Shown here: one piece after another, positions 47,909-58,054 of the stretch
Position numbering within the stretch: position 1 is the first letter of the stretch
How the letters are laid out: every line of letters starts with the position of its first letter
From: Candidatus Cloacimonadota bacterium
Lineage (GTDB): Bacteria > Cloacimonadota > Cloacimonadia > JGIOTU-2
Assembly (NCBI GenBank): GCA_049903315.1
Contig: JBNGBT010000004.1
Location: forward strand, 96,001-160,000
Reading direction: 5' to 3'
Length of the DNA: 64,000 bases
Translations under genes and position numbers: made by a program
The notes under the pieces: model-generated
Database searches by the model: none
Seen by the model: only the letters and a program-made list of their open reading frames with translations
Told to the model about the DNA's origin: nothing

Positions 47909-48424
47909 GTGCAGTACATAAATAAGCCCATTTACTGCCTTTCTTGCGGGGGAAAACTCTCAGAAAAACAGGACGATAATAACAAAATTCGTCATTTTTG
48001 CCCTGCCTGCGGCTGGACCTATTATGCCAATCCCATTCCTGCGGCTGCTTGTGTGGTGCTGAACAGCGATCATGAACTGTTACTTATTAAAAGAAAGAAC
48101 GAACCTAAGCCCGGAAGTTGGGCGTTGCCGAGCGGGTATGTAGAGATTAATGAAACTGCAGCGGAATGCGCGGTTCATGAACTCGAAGAAGAAACGGGCT
48201 TGCTTGGAAACACAGAAAAGTTTTTAGGTCACTTTTTTCAAAGCTCATCAATTTATAAACGGGTTATTACTTTTGGATTTCTTATGAAAATAATGGGCGG
48301 AAACCTGAAACCCGGGGATGATGCGCTGGACGCACGATATTTTCCAATGAATACATTACCTGAAATCCCTTTCACATCACATATAGAACTGATCTCAATT
48401 ATCAAAAAGGAATTTGATCTATGA
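47909..48424 (+). CDS. NUDIX hydrolase with N-terminal zinc ribbon
   Basis: CLSCG...CPACG..Y.NP.P; WALPSGYVE.NE....A..EL.EETG Nudix box. Confidence 0.9.
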   Translation: MQYINKPIYCLSCGGKLSEKQDDNNKIRHFCPACGWTYYANPIPAAACVVLNSDHELLLIKRKNEPKPGSWALPSGYVEINETAAECAVHELEEETGLLGNTEKFLGHFFQSSSIYKRVITFGFLMKIMGGNLKPGDDALDARYFPMNTLPEIPFTSHIELISIIKKEFDL

Positions 48425-49023
48425 TGAAACTCGTCCTTGCTACTCATAATAAAGATAAGATAACTGAAATAAAAGCTTTGTTACAACAGCTGCCAATCGA
48501 AATATTGACCTTTTCTGATTTTGACCATTTCCCGGATGTTGTTGAAGATCGCGATACACTCGTGGGAAATGCAGAAAAAAAAGCGCGAGAAATATTCAAT
48601 ATTACGGGAATACCTTCAATGGCGGACGATACCGGTCTTTTTGTCGATGCCCTCGATGGAGAACCTGGTGTGTTCAGTTCGCGATATGCAGGAGAGAACG
48701 TCACGTACGAGGATAATAGGAAAAAACTTCTTTCAGAAATGAGAGATATTCCTGCATCGAAAAGAGATGCGGCTTTTAAAACTGTCATTGTGTTGATCGT
48801 GAACGAGAAGGAAAATTTTGTTGTTGAGGGGAGTTGCGAAGGGTATATTGGATTTGAAGAAAAAGGCACAATGGGCTTTGGATATGATCCGATATTCTAT
48901 ATGCATGATTCGGGAAAAAGCTTTGCAGAACTCACTGTGGAAGAAAAGAATAAGATCAGCCATCGGGGACGGGCATTGCAGAAAATAAAAGAAATTTTAG
49001 AAAAAATAACAAAAAATACATGA
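48421..49023 (+). CDS. rdgB: Non-canonical purine NTP pyrophosphatase (HAM1)
   Basis: ATHN..K..E, NA.KKA, ADDTGL.VDAL.G.PGV.S.RYAG, GFGYDP.F, KN.ISHRG.A. Confidence 0.96.
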   Translation: MMKLVLATHNKDKITEIKALLQQLPIEILTFSDFDHFPDVVEDRDTLVGNAEKKAREIFNITGIPSMADDTGLFVDALDGEPGVFSSRYAGENVTYEDNRKKLLSEMRDIPASKRDAAFKTVIVLIVNEKENFVVEGSCEGYIGFEEKGTMGFGYDPIFYMHDSGKSFAELTVEEKNKISHRGRALQKIKEILEKITKNT

Positions 49024-49039
49024 CTTCATTGAGGTGGAA

Positions 49040-50368
49040 ATGGATAAAAAAGAGGTTCTAAAAAAAGTAGCAGAGGAGAATGTAAAGTATATCCTTCTCC
49101 AGTTTTCAGATATTTACGGAATGGTAAAAAGTATTACAATCCCGGTCAATCATCTCGAATCTTCGCTCGAGCATGGCACCTGGTTTGACGGTTCATCAAT
49201 AGAGGGTTTTGCACGAATAGCAGAGAGCGATATGTATCTTATGCCCGATCCTGAAACCTACACGATCATTCCCTGGCTTGATTCCGAGGATGGAAACACT
49301 GCGCGGTTGATCTGCGATGTGTATGGTCCCGACGGAAATCCTTTCGAGGGTGACCCTCGATATATACTGAAAAAAGTCCTTCTTGAAGCAGAAGAAATGG
49401 GATATTTCTTTAAAACCGGTCCCGAGCTCGAATTTTTTCTGTTAAAAAAGGATGATGGATTGCATACCCTTCCGCATGATAAAGCCGGTTACTTTGATAT
49501 GACCATGGATCAGGCATATGAAATTCGCAGAGAAATGACCTCGATGCTGCAGATAATGGGAATCAATGTCGAAGCAACACATCACGAAGTAGGGATTGGT
49601 CAGCATGAGATCGATTTTCGTTATGACCATGCTTTGAAAACTGCAGATAATGCGACCACGATCAGATTTGCATTAAAAGCAATTGCCCAGAAATACAACC
49701 TGCTTGCGACATTTATGCCCAAGCCGATCGCAGGTATTAATGGAAGCGGAATGCATGTCCATCAAAGTTTGTTTGATGAAAAAGGAAATAATGTATTTTT
49801 TGATAAGAAGAATCAGTACAATCTTTCTGAAATTGCATATCACTTTCTTGCTGGACAGCTCAAACACATCAAGGGAATGACAGCGATACTCAACCCGATC
49901 GTGAATTCTTATAAACGACTTGTGGTGGGTTATGAAGCTCCAGTATATATAAGTTGGGCGCGCACAAATAGGTCTTCACTTATCAGAATTCCCCGCTATC
50001 TCGAAGGAAGAAGTCAATCAACACGGCTCGAACTCCGCAGTCCTGATCCAAGCTGTAATATTTATCTTGCATTTGCAGTTATGCTCAAAGCCGGTCTGGA
50101 AGGAGTGAAAATGAAATTGCAACCTCCTAAACCTGTTGAAGAGGATGTCTATAACTTCAGTGATGCCAGACTCGAAGAAATGAAGATCGACACACTTCCC
50201 GGTTCACTGCTTCAGGCATTATATGAACTGAAAAAAGATGGGCTCGCAAAAGAAGCACTCGGCACACATACATTCGAGCGCTACGTAGAAGCAAAAGAAA
50301 AGGAATGGGACGAGTTCCGCATACAGGTGACAGAATGGGAGCTTGCGAGGTACCTGGAATTGTATTAA
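49040..50368 (+). CDS. glnA: Glutamine synthetase type I (short GSI-alpha type)
   Basis: FDGSSI.GF, GPE.EFF, HHEV..GQHEI, ATFMPKP..G.NGSGMH.H.SL, NSYKRL..GYEAP, R.E.R.PD. Confidence 0.97.
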   Translation: MDKKEVLKKVAEENVKYILLQFSDIYGMVKSITIPVNHLESSLEHGTWFDGSSIEGFARIAESDMYLMPDPETYTIIPWLDSEDGNTARLICDVYGPDGNPFEGDPRYILKKVLLEAEEMGYFFKTGPELEFFLLKKDDGLHTLPHDKAGYFDMTMDQAYEIRREMTSMLQIMGINVEATHHEVGIGQHEIDFRYDHALKTADNATTIRFALKAIAQKYNLLATFMPKPIAGINGSGMHVHQSLFDEKGNNVFFDKKNQYNLSEIAYHFLAGQLKHIKGMTAILNPIVNSYKRLVVGYEAPVYISWARTNRSSLIRIPRYLEGRSQSTRLELRSPDPSCNIYLAFAVMLKAGLEGVKMKLQPPKPVEEDVYNFSDARLEEMKIDTLPGSLLQALYELKKDGLAKEALGTHTFERYVEAKEKEWDEFRIQVTEWELARYLELY

Positions 50369-50404
50369 TTAGTTTTTAATATAATTCAAATGAATCAAAA
50401 AAAA

Positions 50405-50482
50405 CACCACAGAGCACACAGAGACAAAAGAGAAAATCTCCTCTTGAGAGGAGTACTCCGATTTATCGGAGGGAGGTGTGTC
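50405..50482. repeat. Composite repeat patch after glnA
   Basis: CCACAGAGCACACAGAGA (like the GxxExxY flank), hairpin CTCCTC-TTGA-GAGGAG (50438-50453), palindrome CTCCGATTTATCGGAG (50456-50471). Confidence 0.65.
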
Positions 50483-50523
50483 ACTATGAAAATATATAGT
50501 TTTTGCTTGAATAATTATCATAT

Positions 50524-51282
50524 ATGAAATCTATCGATTCGGAAGCACTTTATCAGGATGGACTTCACTATGATGCACAGCACGTGGAGATAGTCGAAGA
50601 TATTCCTTTCTATTTATCACAAGCAAAGAAATGTGGTGACCCGATCCTGGAACTCGCTTGCGGCACAGGCAGGATAACAATTCCGCATGCACGGCAGGGC
50701 TTTGATATTACGGGTTTAGATATTTCAGAAGGTATGCTCAAGGTCGCACGAGAAAAAGCCGAAAGGGAACATCTTTCATGCACTTTTATTAAGGCGGATT
50801 GTCGAAAATTCTCAATTCCCAAGAAATTCAATCTCATCTTTATCCCATTCAATTCGATTGCGCATATTCATGATAGAGCAAGCTTTGAAGCGATGTGTAT
50901 TGCAGTGAGAAACCATCTTACTGACGATGGGCACTTCATTGTTGATATTTTCAATCCCAAGCTGGAAGTCTTGATAAGTGATCCGAATAAGCGTTTCGCT
51001 GTTGCCGAATATGAAAATCCTTACGGGAACGAGAAAGTAACAATAACAGAAAATAATGTGTATGATAAAGAAACGCAGATCAATCATATAAAATGGTATT
51101 ATAAAATTGGGAAACAGGAAGAGTTTGCAGTAGAACTCAATATGCGTATCTACTATCCACAAGAACTTGAAAATATGCTTTTATATAATGGATTTGATAT
51201 AGTAGAAAAACTAGGTGATTTTGATGGATCACCGTTTAATTCCGATTCACCCAAGCAGCTTATAATTTGTAAAAAAAATTAG
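50524..51282 (+). CDS. Class I SAM-dependent methyltransferase
   Basis: ILELACGTGR, GLD.S..ML..A, AD.R.F, F.LI.IPFNS..H, HL...G.F..D. Confidence 0.9.
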   Translation: MKSIDSEALYQDGLHYDAQHVEIVEDIPFYLSQAKKCGDPILELACGTGRITIPHARQGFDITGLDISEGMLKVAREKAEREHLSCTFIKADCRKFSIPKKFNLIFIPFNSIAHIHDRASFEAMCIAVRNHLTDDGHFIVDIFNPKLEVLISDPNKRFAVAEYENPYGNEKVTITENNVYDKETQINHIKWYYKIGKQEEFAVELNMRIYYPQELENMLLYNGFDIVEKLGDFDGSPFNSDSPKQLIICKKN

Positions 51283-51308
51283 CAGCATTATACTGCACTA
51301 TATTGTCT

Positions 51309-51354
51309 TGTCATTCTGAGTGAATCCCGATTCATCGGGAGAAACGAAGAATCT
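51309..51354. repeat. TGTC-type REP-like element interrupted by a palindrome
   Basis: TGTCATTCTGAGTGAA-[TCCCGATTCATCGGGA]-GAAACGAAGAATCT, with GAA on both sides of the insert. Confidence 0.7.
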
Positions 51355-51461
51355 ATTGCACGAAATCCACCGTCTGCTTCCGATTGATCAGAATATGCCG
51401 TGAGAGGTATTTTCTAATTACAAATGAGTCCACTCTAAAAAGTCAGAATTAATAAAACAAG

Positions 51462-51561
51462 AAACCGTTGAAACGGTTAATGATCTTATTTGTTTCATTA
51501 ACCACCAACTTAAGTTGGCGGTTAATAGAAAGATAGCTAATTGCAACCGATTCATCGGTTT
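51462..51561. repeat. Triple-palindrome REP-like element
   Basis: AACCGTTGAAACGGTT (51463-51478), 30-bp ATTAACCACCAACTTAAGTTGGCGGTTAAT (51497-51526, one mismatch), AACCGATTCATCGGTT (51545-51560). Confidence 0.75.
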
Positions 51562-51757
51562 CAAAATATTTGATGCATTTTTTAACTTATTTCTAATCAC
51601 ACGCTTTTTATAGCACACTCACAAATAAAATATCAAGCATAGTTTGATTGGCAGTTTGGTCTTTTATTTTTTTTTTTGTAATTTCTATAATTGTAATGAA
51701 TAGGTTTTAAGAAGGTGTGAATTTGTTTTAATCTTGTGCTCTGTGTTTTATTACTTT

Positions 51758-52225
51758 TTATACTTCCGGATTTTTTTTCTTAGTGAAGTATATAATATCA
51801 TTGTGCTTGGTATAACCTGCTTTTGTAAATAAATTCATCGAGGGATCATTAGGATCATCAATCAGAGTTGCATAGATTTCTAATCCTTGAGACGCCAGCC
51901 ATTTTTCGGAATGAGCAATGAGTTGCTGAGCGATACCTTTATTTCGATATTCTTTCATAACTGCCAGCCGGTTTATCCACCCTTTTCTGCCATCGTGTGT
52001 AACCATAATCGTAGCCACATCTTTATTCATAAAGTTTGCGATAAATACACAGATTTGCGGAAGTCCAAGCTGTGAGATCAGGTTTTCCCTTGTGTCGCGC
52101 CCCTGTGGTTTGTGGGTGAGTTCCGCATCTTTCCATATGAGGAGGATCGCATCAACATCCTCTTTTTCCGCATCACGAATATCAATTTTTATGTATTTGG
52201 TTTTATTCATATTTAACCTTTTCAT
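51758..52225 (-). CDS. GNAT N-acetyltransferase (YpeA-like); start may be 52210
   Basis: HDGRKGWINRLAV..EYR.KGIA..LI...E..L...G; N..S..LF...GY. Confidence 0.88.
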   Translation of the reverse strand: MKRLNMNKTKYIKIDIRDAEKEDVDAILLIWKDAELTHKPQGRDTRENLISQLGLPQICVFIANFMNKDVATIMVTHDGRKGWINRLAVMKEYRNKGIAQQLIAHSEKWLASQGLEIYATLIDDPNDPSMNLFTKAGYTKHNDIIYFTKKKNPEV

Positions 52226-52252
52226 TGTTTATGCTGCCTTATCCTTCTTGTC

Positions 52253-52413
52253 AAGTATCGTTCTTAACTCAGCGCTTCGCTTTTAAGTCAAGTCCGACAA
52301 TGCTTGAACATGGCTTAAGACTTGAGTTAAGGGCACGAAGTGAACTTGACTTTGTTAGTTCTTAACTCAATTCCTCAGCAAGCTGAGTTATTAAGTCAAG
52401 TCCCAAGTCCGAT
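52253..52413. repeat. ~155-bp hairpin-rich repeat, copy 1
   Basis: Three GTTCTTAACTC...AAGTCAAGT modules (middle one inverted); near-identical to 60421-60574. Confidence 0.88.
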
Positions 52414-52742
52414 GGAAGGATATTTTTCTTATCAAGTTTATAATGGATGAAAAATGTAAAATTAATATTTTAGTTATGATTCTGGGTAGCCGCAGTTTTT
52501 ATTTGTATTACGTTAAATTATGGGTAGGAATATTTAAGGAATGTGAAATACTTGACACATAAAAATTATAAGGCATTAAAAAATTTGAACTGAAAGCAAA
52601 AATTTTGGAACATCAAAATTCGGAACTTGATAAAATATCAAGAAGCAGCTGTCGTAAAAGAATAAAACTTGGGAAGAATAGGTAGGTGCCCAAACGAAAA
52701 GTTGTTTCATAGGAATCGAGCTTTATTGATAAGAGGTTTTAG

Positions 52743-55700
52743 ATGAAAAATAAAAATATAACAACTGAGAAGCATAGAAAAGAAACAGATAGATTGAAGT
52801 CTAAGATTTCAGAACCGAAGAATCAAAAAACCAGACCGGATCAGAAAGATCTTAATAAAAATCGAATCCATTTTGAAAACTTAGCCAAGGCTGAGCAAAA
52901 GATGAATTTATTTAACTCAATCAATTTTGAGAGAGTAAATGTGTTATTGGAGGCCTTCAATAAAGCAACCGGTTTTGTTACAGCAATACTCGATCTGGAA
53001 GGGAATATTCTGTCAAGATCAGGATGGAGGAGGATTTGTACTGAATTTCATCGTATTAACCCAGAAACATCTGAGAAATGTAAGATCAGCGACACTATTC
53101 TTGCAGGTGAGTTAGCTAAAGGGGAAAAATACCATTGCTATAAATGTTTGAACGGACTTGTCGATGTGGCTGTTCCTATTAAAATTAACGGCGAACATAT
53201 AGGAAATTTGTTTACCGGACAATTTCTTTTTGAAAAACCAGATAGAGAATTTTTCCGCAAGCAGGCTGCAGAAAATGAATTTGAGGAGAGTTCATACCTT
53301 GAAGCTCTTGATGAAGTACCCATTGTATCTGAAGATCAGGTGAAAGCTGTTATGTATTTTCTACTTAATATGACTGAATTGATTAGTGAGATGACCCAGC
53401 AGAAAGTTGAGCAAATCAGTTTAAATGATGCTCTTAAGGAAAGTGAGAACCGATTCAAGCTTGCTTTTGAAAATATCCCTGATGTGGTGGTCATATATGA
53501 CAAAGACTTACGGATCAGATACATAAATGAAGAGACGAGAAAACTAACAGATAAACCAACCTCATATTTCATCGGGAAGCGTGATGATGAAATATGGCCC
53601 AAAGAGGTTTATGAGTCCTATTTACCTACACTTAAGGATGCCTTCAGTACTAAAAAAACATGTTCGATTAAGACCAAATTGATGCTGTCAAGCGGAGTAA
53701 GTAGAGATCTCCAAATTACATGCGTGCCAATTATTGACGATGATGGTGATGTGCGGGAAGTAATGGGCATTACACACGACTTTACAGAGCGTAAACAAGC
53801 AGAGAAGGAGCTGCATGCCCTCGCGTACCGGCAGGGTGCTATTTTGGATGCAGTCCCGGACCTTATTATGGAAGTGGACAATAACAAAGTTTACACGTGG
53901 GCGAACAAAGCAGGTTTGAAGTTCTTTGGTGAGGATGTGATTGGTAAAAATGCAGATTTCTACTTCGAGGGTGAGCAAGATACTTACAGACAAGTCCAAC
54001 CGCTTTTCGAGGGTGTTGAAGATTTATTCTACGTAGAGAGCTGGCAGCGCCGCAACGATGGAGAAAAACGACTACTCGCATGGTATTGCAGGGTACTAAA
54101 AGACAACGCCGGAAAGGTCATCGGCGCACTTTCGTCTGCACAGGATATCACCGAGCTCAAACACACAGAAGAAGAGATCAAAACAATCTGGGATGTTTCA
54201 CCGGATTTACTTTGTGTTGCAGATTATAATACTGCGACATTTCTAAAAATAAATCCATCGTTTAAAAAGACTCTTGGATATTCCGAAGAGGAATTACTCG
54301 GAAAACCTTTCCTTGAATTCGTTCATCCGGACGATCTGCAATCCACGATTAATGTAATTGAAGAAGAGCTGAAGGAAAATATGACGGTCATCAACTTTAT
54401 CAATCGCTATCTTTGTAAAGATGGTTCTTATAAATATCTGAACTGGGTTTCTAAGCCCATCAAAGCAAAGGGGCAAACGTATGCTATTGCACGTGATGTT
54501 TCGGAACAGATAGAAGCTGAAAAAGCACTGGCTGAACAGAATATTTTTCTAAGAAATATTACAGAAACAAGCCCGATTGGTATTGTGCGCACTGATGCAC
54601 AAGGACAACTCACTTATGCCAATCAGGAAGCTGAATCAATACTTGGATTAGAAAGAAGCGAAATTATAAACAGAAGTTATAATGATCCGAAGTGGGAAAT
54701 TACGGATTTTGATGGTAAGGAATTCCCATCAGAAAACCTTCCTTTTTCTCTTGTAAAAAGTAAAATGAAACCGGTAAAAGATGTTCGACATGCGATCAGA
54801 TTCCCTGATGGCAAAACTACTTTACTTTCAATCAATGCTTCTCCGGAACTGGATGAAAATGGTAAATTCAATGGCATGGTTGCCACTATCAGTGACATTA
54901 CTGAATATAAATTGGCCGATGAAACGATACAAAAAAGCGAAAAACTTCTCAATGCTACAGGAAGAATGGCAAAAGTAGGGGGTTGGGAACTCAATGCAAA
55001 AACGAATAAAGTAACTTGGTCTGAGGAAACCTATAGGATCCACGAGATAGATTTAGACCAGGAACCACCCTTGGATGATGCGATTAATTTCTTCCATCCC
55101 GAAGATCGACCCATACTACAGGAAGCCATTAAAAATGCTTTCGAAAAAGCGGAACCGTATGATCTTGTACTTCGTTTTATTACTGCCACAGGTAAAAACC
55201 TGATTACTCACTCAGTGTGTCAACCTGTTTTAGAAGATGGCAAGGTTGTTAAACTTTTTGGTACTTTCCAGGACATCACAAAGCTCAAGCAAATAGAAGA
55301 ATCTTTAAAGGAAAGTGAAGAACGGTTCAATCTGGCAATGAAAGCTTCTAAAGATGGGATTTTCGATTGGAACTTGGCAACTAACGAAATTTATTATTCC
55401 CCCGGCTGGAAGAGTATTCTTGGTTATGAATATGATGAAATCCCTAATGATTTCTCGATTTGGGAAACCAACACCGATCCAGAAGACGTAAAACTCTCCT
55501 GGCAGATGCAGCAGGAACTTATAAATAAACAGCGTGATCGTTTTGAGATGGAATTCAAAATGAAACATAAAGACGGTCATTGGGTGGATATTCTCTCTAG
55601 AGCAGAAGCTATTTTTGATAAATCTGGAAAAGCAGTCCGAATTGTCGGTACACATGTAGATATTACAGAACGTAAACAAGCGGAGTTGGCATTGAGCCGG

Positions 55701-57182
55701 GCAGCAAAAGAGTGGCAGAGCACTTTTGACGCTGCACAGGATGGTATATGGATACTTGATCTGGAACATCATATTTTGCAGTCAAATAGAGAAGCAGAAA
55801 AGATATTTAATAAATCCCGCAAAGATCTCATGAAACGGTTTTGTTATCAGAGTGTTCACGGGACAGATGAACCGATTCCGGAATGTCCTTTCACACGTAT
55901 GAAAAAAACCCTGAAACGTGAATCCATGGAATTGGAAATAGATGGACTCTGGCTCGAGATCACTGTTGACCCGATCTTGGATGAAAGTGGAATGTTAACT
56001 GGTGCTGTCCACATAGTAAGAGATATCACCGAGGGTAAAAAAGCACAAGAGACGCTGGATTATGAACGCAGATTTTCAAAAAATTTAATCAATACAGCAC
56101 AAGCGATTATTTTATTGTTGGATACAGAAGGTAAGATCGTCAGCTTTAATCCGTATATGGAAAATCTCACAGGCTACAAATTGGATGAGGTGAAGGGAAA
56201 AGACTGGTTCACCACTTTCCTTCCGGAATGTGATTATGATAAAATTAGAAAACTGTTTAAAACTGCATTAAACGAGACATCTACAAAAGGTAATATAAAT
56301 CCAATAATGACAAAAGAAGGAAAAAAACTATCGATTGAATGGTATGATAAAGTTCTCAAGAACAGAGATGGTAACATTACTAATATAGTGTCTGTGGGAT
56401 ATGATATTACCGATCGATTAAAGAATGATGAGGAATTGGAACAATACCGTAAACGTCTTGAGGAATTAGTCGATATGCGTACCGCTGAACTGCAGGCAGC
56501 AAATAAAGAACTGGAAGCATTTGCCTATTCAGTATCCCATGACCTGCGCGCTCCCCTGCGTGCGATAAACGGATTCACAAGTATTCTTATGGAAGACTAC
56601 GCACAAAAACTGGATGAAGAGGGGAAAAGAATAGGAGCTCTTATTCAGAACAATTCACGGCAGATGGGGCAGCTTATTGACGATCTACTGGCGTTTTCCC
56701 GATTGGGAAGGGCATCCATGCAAGCATCCACGATTGATATGAAAAATATGGTGAAAGCAATTTATCACGAGGCAGCTAGTCCCGCAGAACGCAAGAGAAT
56801 ACGTTTTTCCATAGGTCCCTTGCCCCCGATTAAGGGTGATCCGACTATGTTTCGGCAGGTGTGGATGAATCTCATTTCCAATGCGCTTAAGTTCACTTCC
56901 AAACGTAAAATAGCGACTATCGATGTTTCATGCAAGAGAGAGAAGAATAGATATATATTCTCAATTAAAGATAATGGCGCAGGATTCAATATGAAATATA
57001 AAGATAAACTCTTCGGTGTGTTTCAGCGCTTGCATACAGAAAGAGAATTTTCTGGTACAGGAGTGGGGCTGGCTCTGGTGCAGCGTATTATTCTCCGTCA
57101 TAAAGGGCTGTTATGGGCAGAAGGAGAAGAGGATAAAGGTGCTGTATTTTATTTTTCCTTGCCAAAAAAATCATTATCATAA
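52743..57182 (+). CDS. Cytoplasmic PocR + multi-PAS sensor histidine kinase
   Basis: PocR (GW..ICT.FHR.NP...C..SD...Y.C.NGL.DVAVPI...G.H); about 8 PAS/PAC repeats ending in DIT(E)RK; FAYSVSHDLRAPL, NLISNALKF, DNGAGF, GTGVGL. Confidence 0.93.
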   Translation: MKNKNITTEKHRKETDRLKSKISEPKNQKTRPDQKDLNKNRIHFENLAKAEQKMNLFNSINFERVNVLLEAFNKATGFVTAILDLEGNILSRSGWRRICTEFHRINPETSEKCKISDTILAGELAKGEKYHCYKCLNGLVDVAVPIKINGEHIGNLFTGQFLFEKPDREFFRKQAAENEFEESSYLEALDEVPIVSEDQVKAVMYFLLNMTELISEMTQQKVEQISLNDALKESENRFKLAFENIPDVVVIYDKDLRIRYINEETRKLTDKPTSYFIGKRDDEIWPKEVYESYLPTLKDAFSTKKTCSIKTKLMLSSGVSRDLQITCVPIIDDDGDVREVMGITHDFTERKQAEKELHALAYRQGAILDAVPDLIMEVDNNKVYTWANKAGLKFFGEDVIGKNADFYFEGEQDTYRQVQPLFEGVEDLFYVESWQRRNDGEKRLLAWYCRVLKDNAGKVIGALSSAQDITELKHTEEEIKTIWDVSPDLLCVADYNTATFLKINPSFKKTLGYSEEELLGKPFLEFVHPDDLQSTINVIEEELKENMTVINFINRYLCKDGSYKYLNWVSKPIKAKGQTYAIARDVSEQIEAEKALAEQNIFLRNITETSPIGIVRTDAQGQLTYANQEAESILGLERSEIINRSYNDPKWEITDFDGKEFPSENLPFSLVKSKMKPVKDVRHAIRFPDGKTTLLSINASPELDENGKFNGMVATISDITEYKLADETIQKSEKLLNATGRMAKVGGWELNAKTNKVTWSEETYRIHEIDLDQEPPLDDAINFFHPEDRPILQEAIKNAFEKAEPYDLVLRFITATGKNLITHSVCQPVLEDGKVVKLFGTFQDITKLKQIEESLKESEERFNLAMKASKDGIFDWNLATNEIYYSPGWKSILGYEYDEIPNDFSIWETNTDPEDVKLSWQMQQELINKQRDRFEMEFKMKHKDGHWVDILSRAEAIFDKSGKAVRIVGTHVDITERKQAELALSRAAKEWQSTFDAAQDGIWILDLEHHILQSNREAEKIFNKSRKDLMKRFCYQSVHGTDEPIPECPFTRMKKTLKRESMELEIDGLWLEITVDPILDESGMLTGAVHIVRDITEGKKAQETLDYERRFSKNLINTAQAIILLLDTEGKIVSFNPYMENLTGYKLDEVKGKDWFTTFLPECDYDKIRKLFKTALNETSTKGNINPIMTKEGKKLSIEWYDKVLKNRDGNITNIVSVGYDITDRLKNDEELEQYRKRLEELVDMRTAELQAANKELEAFAYSVSHDLRAPLRAINGFTSILMEDYAQKLDEEGKRIGALIQNNSRQMGQLIDDLLAFSRLGRASMQASTIDMKNMVKAIYHEAASPAERKRIRFSIGPLPPIKGDPTMFRQVWMNLISNALKFTSKRKIATIDVSCKREKNRYIFSIKDNGAGFNMKYKDKLFGVFQRLHTEREFSGTGVGLALVQRIILRHKGLLWAEGEEDKGAVFYFSLPKKSLS

Positions 57183-57215
57183 ATATTTTAGATAACATAA
57201 GATTGGTGGTATAAA

Positions 57216-57653
57216 ATGAAACATGAAGAATATGAAATCCTGATCGTTGAAGATAATCCACAGGACGCCGAGCTCATGGTTCGTTCGCTGAAAAAGAAAC
57301 ATCTGGCAAACAACTTGATTGTAGTGGAAGATGGAGAAGAAGCATTGGATTTTATTTTGTGCCGAGGTGATTATAACGGGAGAGACATAAAAAGACCTCC
57401 CAAAGTGATCTTTCTCGATCTCAAGCTTCCAAAAGTAAACGGATTGGAAGTGTTAAAAGAAATCAAATCTCATCAGCTTACGAAGAAAATTCCTGTTGTA
57501 ATAGTTACTTCTTCCAGAGAAGATCCGGATGTACAGGCAGCTTATGATCTGGGTGCAAACAGCTATGTGGTGAAGCCTGTGAGTTTTGAGAATTTTGCAG
57601 AAACCATGAGCCAACTGGGATTGTACTGGCTGGTCGTGAACGAAAAACCATGA
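57216..57653 (+). CDS. Single-domain response regulator (Rcp-like)
   Basis: ILIVEDNP.D, LDLKLPKV.GLEVL, TSS.E..D...AY.LGANSY.VKP, LG.YW. Confidence 0.95.
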   Translation: MKHEEYEILIVEDNPQDAELMVRSLKKKHLANNLIVVEDGEEALDFILCRGDYNGRDIKRPPKVIFLDLKLPKVNGLEVLKEIKSHQLTKKIPVVIVTSSREDPDVQAAYDLGANSYVVKPVSFENFAETMSQLGLYWLVVNEKP

Positions 57654-58054
57654 TAGTCTGCCACAGAGACACAAAGGACACAGAGATAAATATAAATAAA
57701 ATAACTGAAAAAATAATTGGCTGTGGTATAGAAGTTCATAGAGAGTTAGGTCCCGGATTATTAGAATCAATTTATGAATCAGCATTATCTATTGAATTTA
57801 GAAACTGTGGTTTAAAATATGAACGGCAAAAAGTGCTTCCTGTAGAATATAAAGGAGCTAAAATAGGTGAATTTAGAATCGATTTATTAGTTGAGAATTC
57901 TGTAGTTGTTGAATTGAAGAGTGTAGAACGATTCGATCCAGTTTTTGAAGCACAAATTTTGACTTACATGAAATTAGGTAAATATAAAATAGGTTTATTA
58001 ATGAATTTCAATTCAAAATTATTAAAAGATGGTATTAAAAGATACATTTTTTAA
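57650..58054 (+). CDS. GxxExxY protein (PD-(D/E)XK nuclease-like)
   Basis: IIG..IEVH..LGPGLLESIYE.AL, R.D.LVE..VVVELKSV, AQ.LTY.K......GLL.NF. Confidence 0.93.
   Translation: MIVCHRDTKDTEININKITEKIIGCGIEVHRELGPGLLESIYESALSIEFRNCGLKYERQKVLPVEYKGAKIGEFRIDLLVENSVVVELKSVERFDPVFEAQILTYMKLGKYKIGLLMNFNSKLLKDGIKRYIF

Noticed and set aside
52253..52413. Possible CRISPR array (repeated GTTCTTAACTC with variable inserts)
   Set aside because: Only three modules, one inverted; inserts are hairpins shared between the two loci rather than unique spacers; no cas genes.
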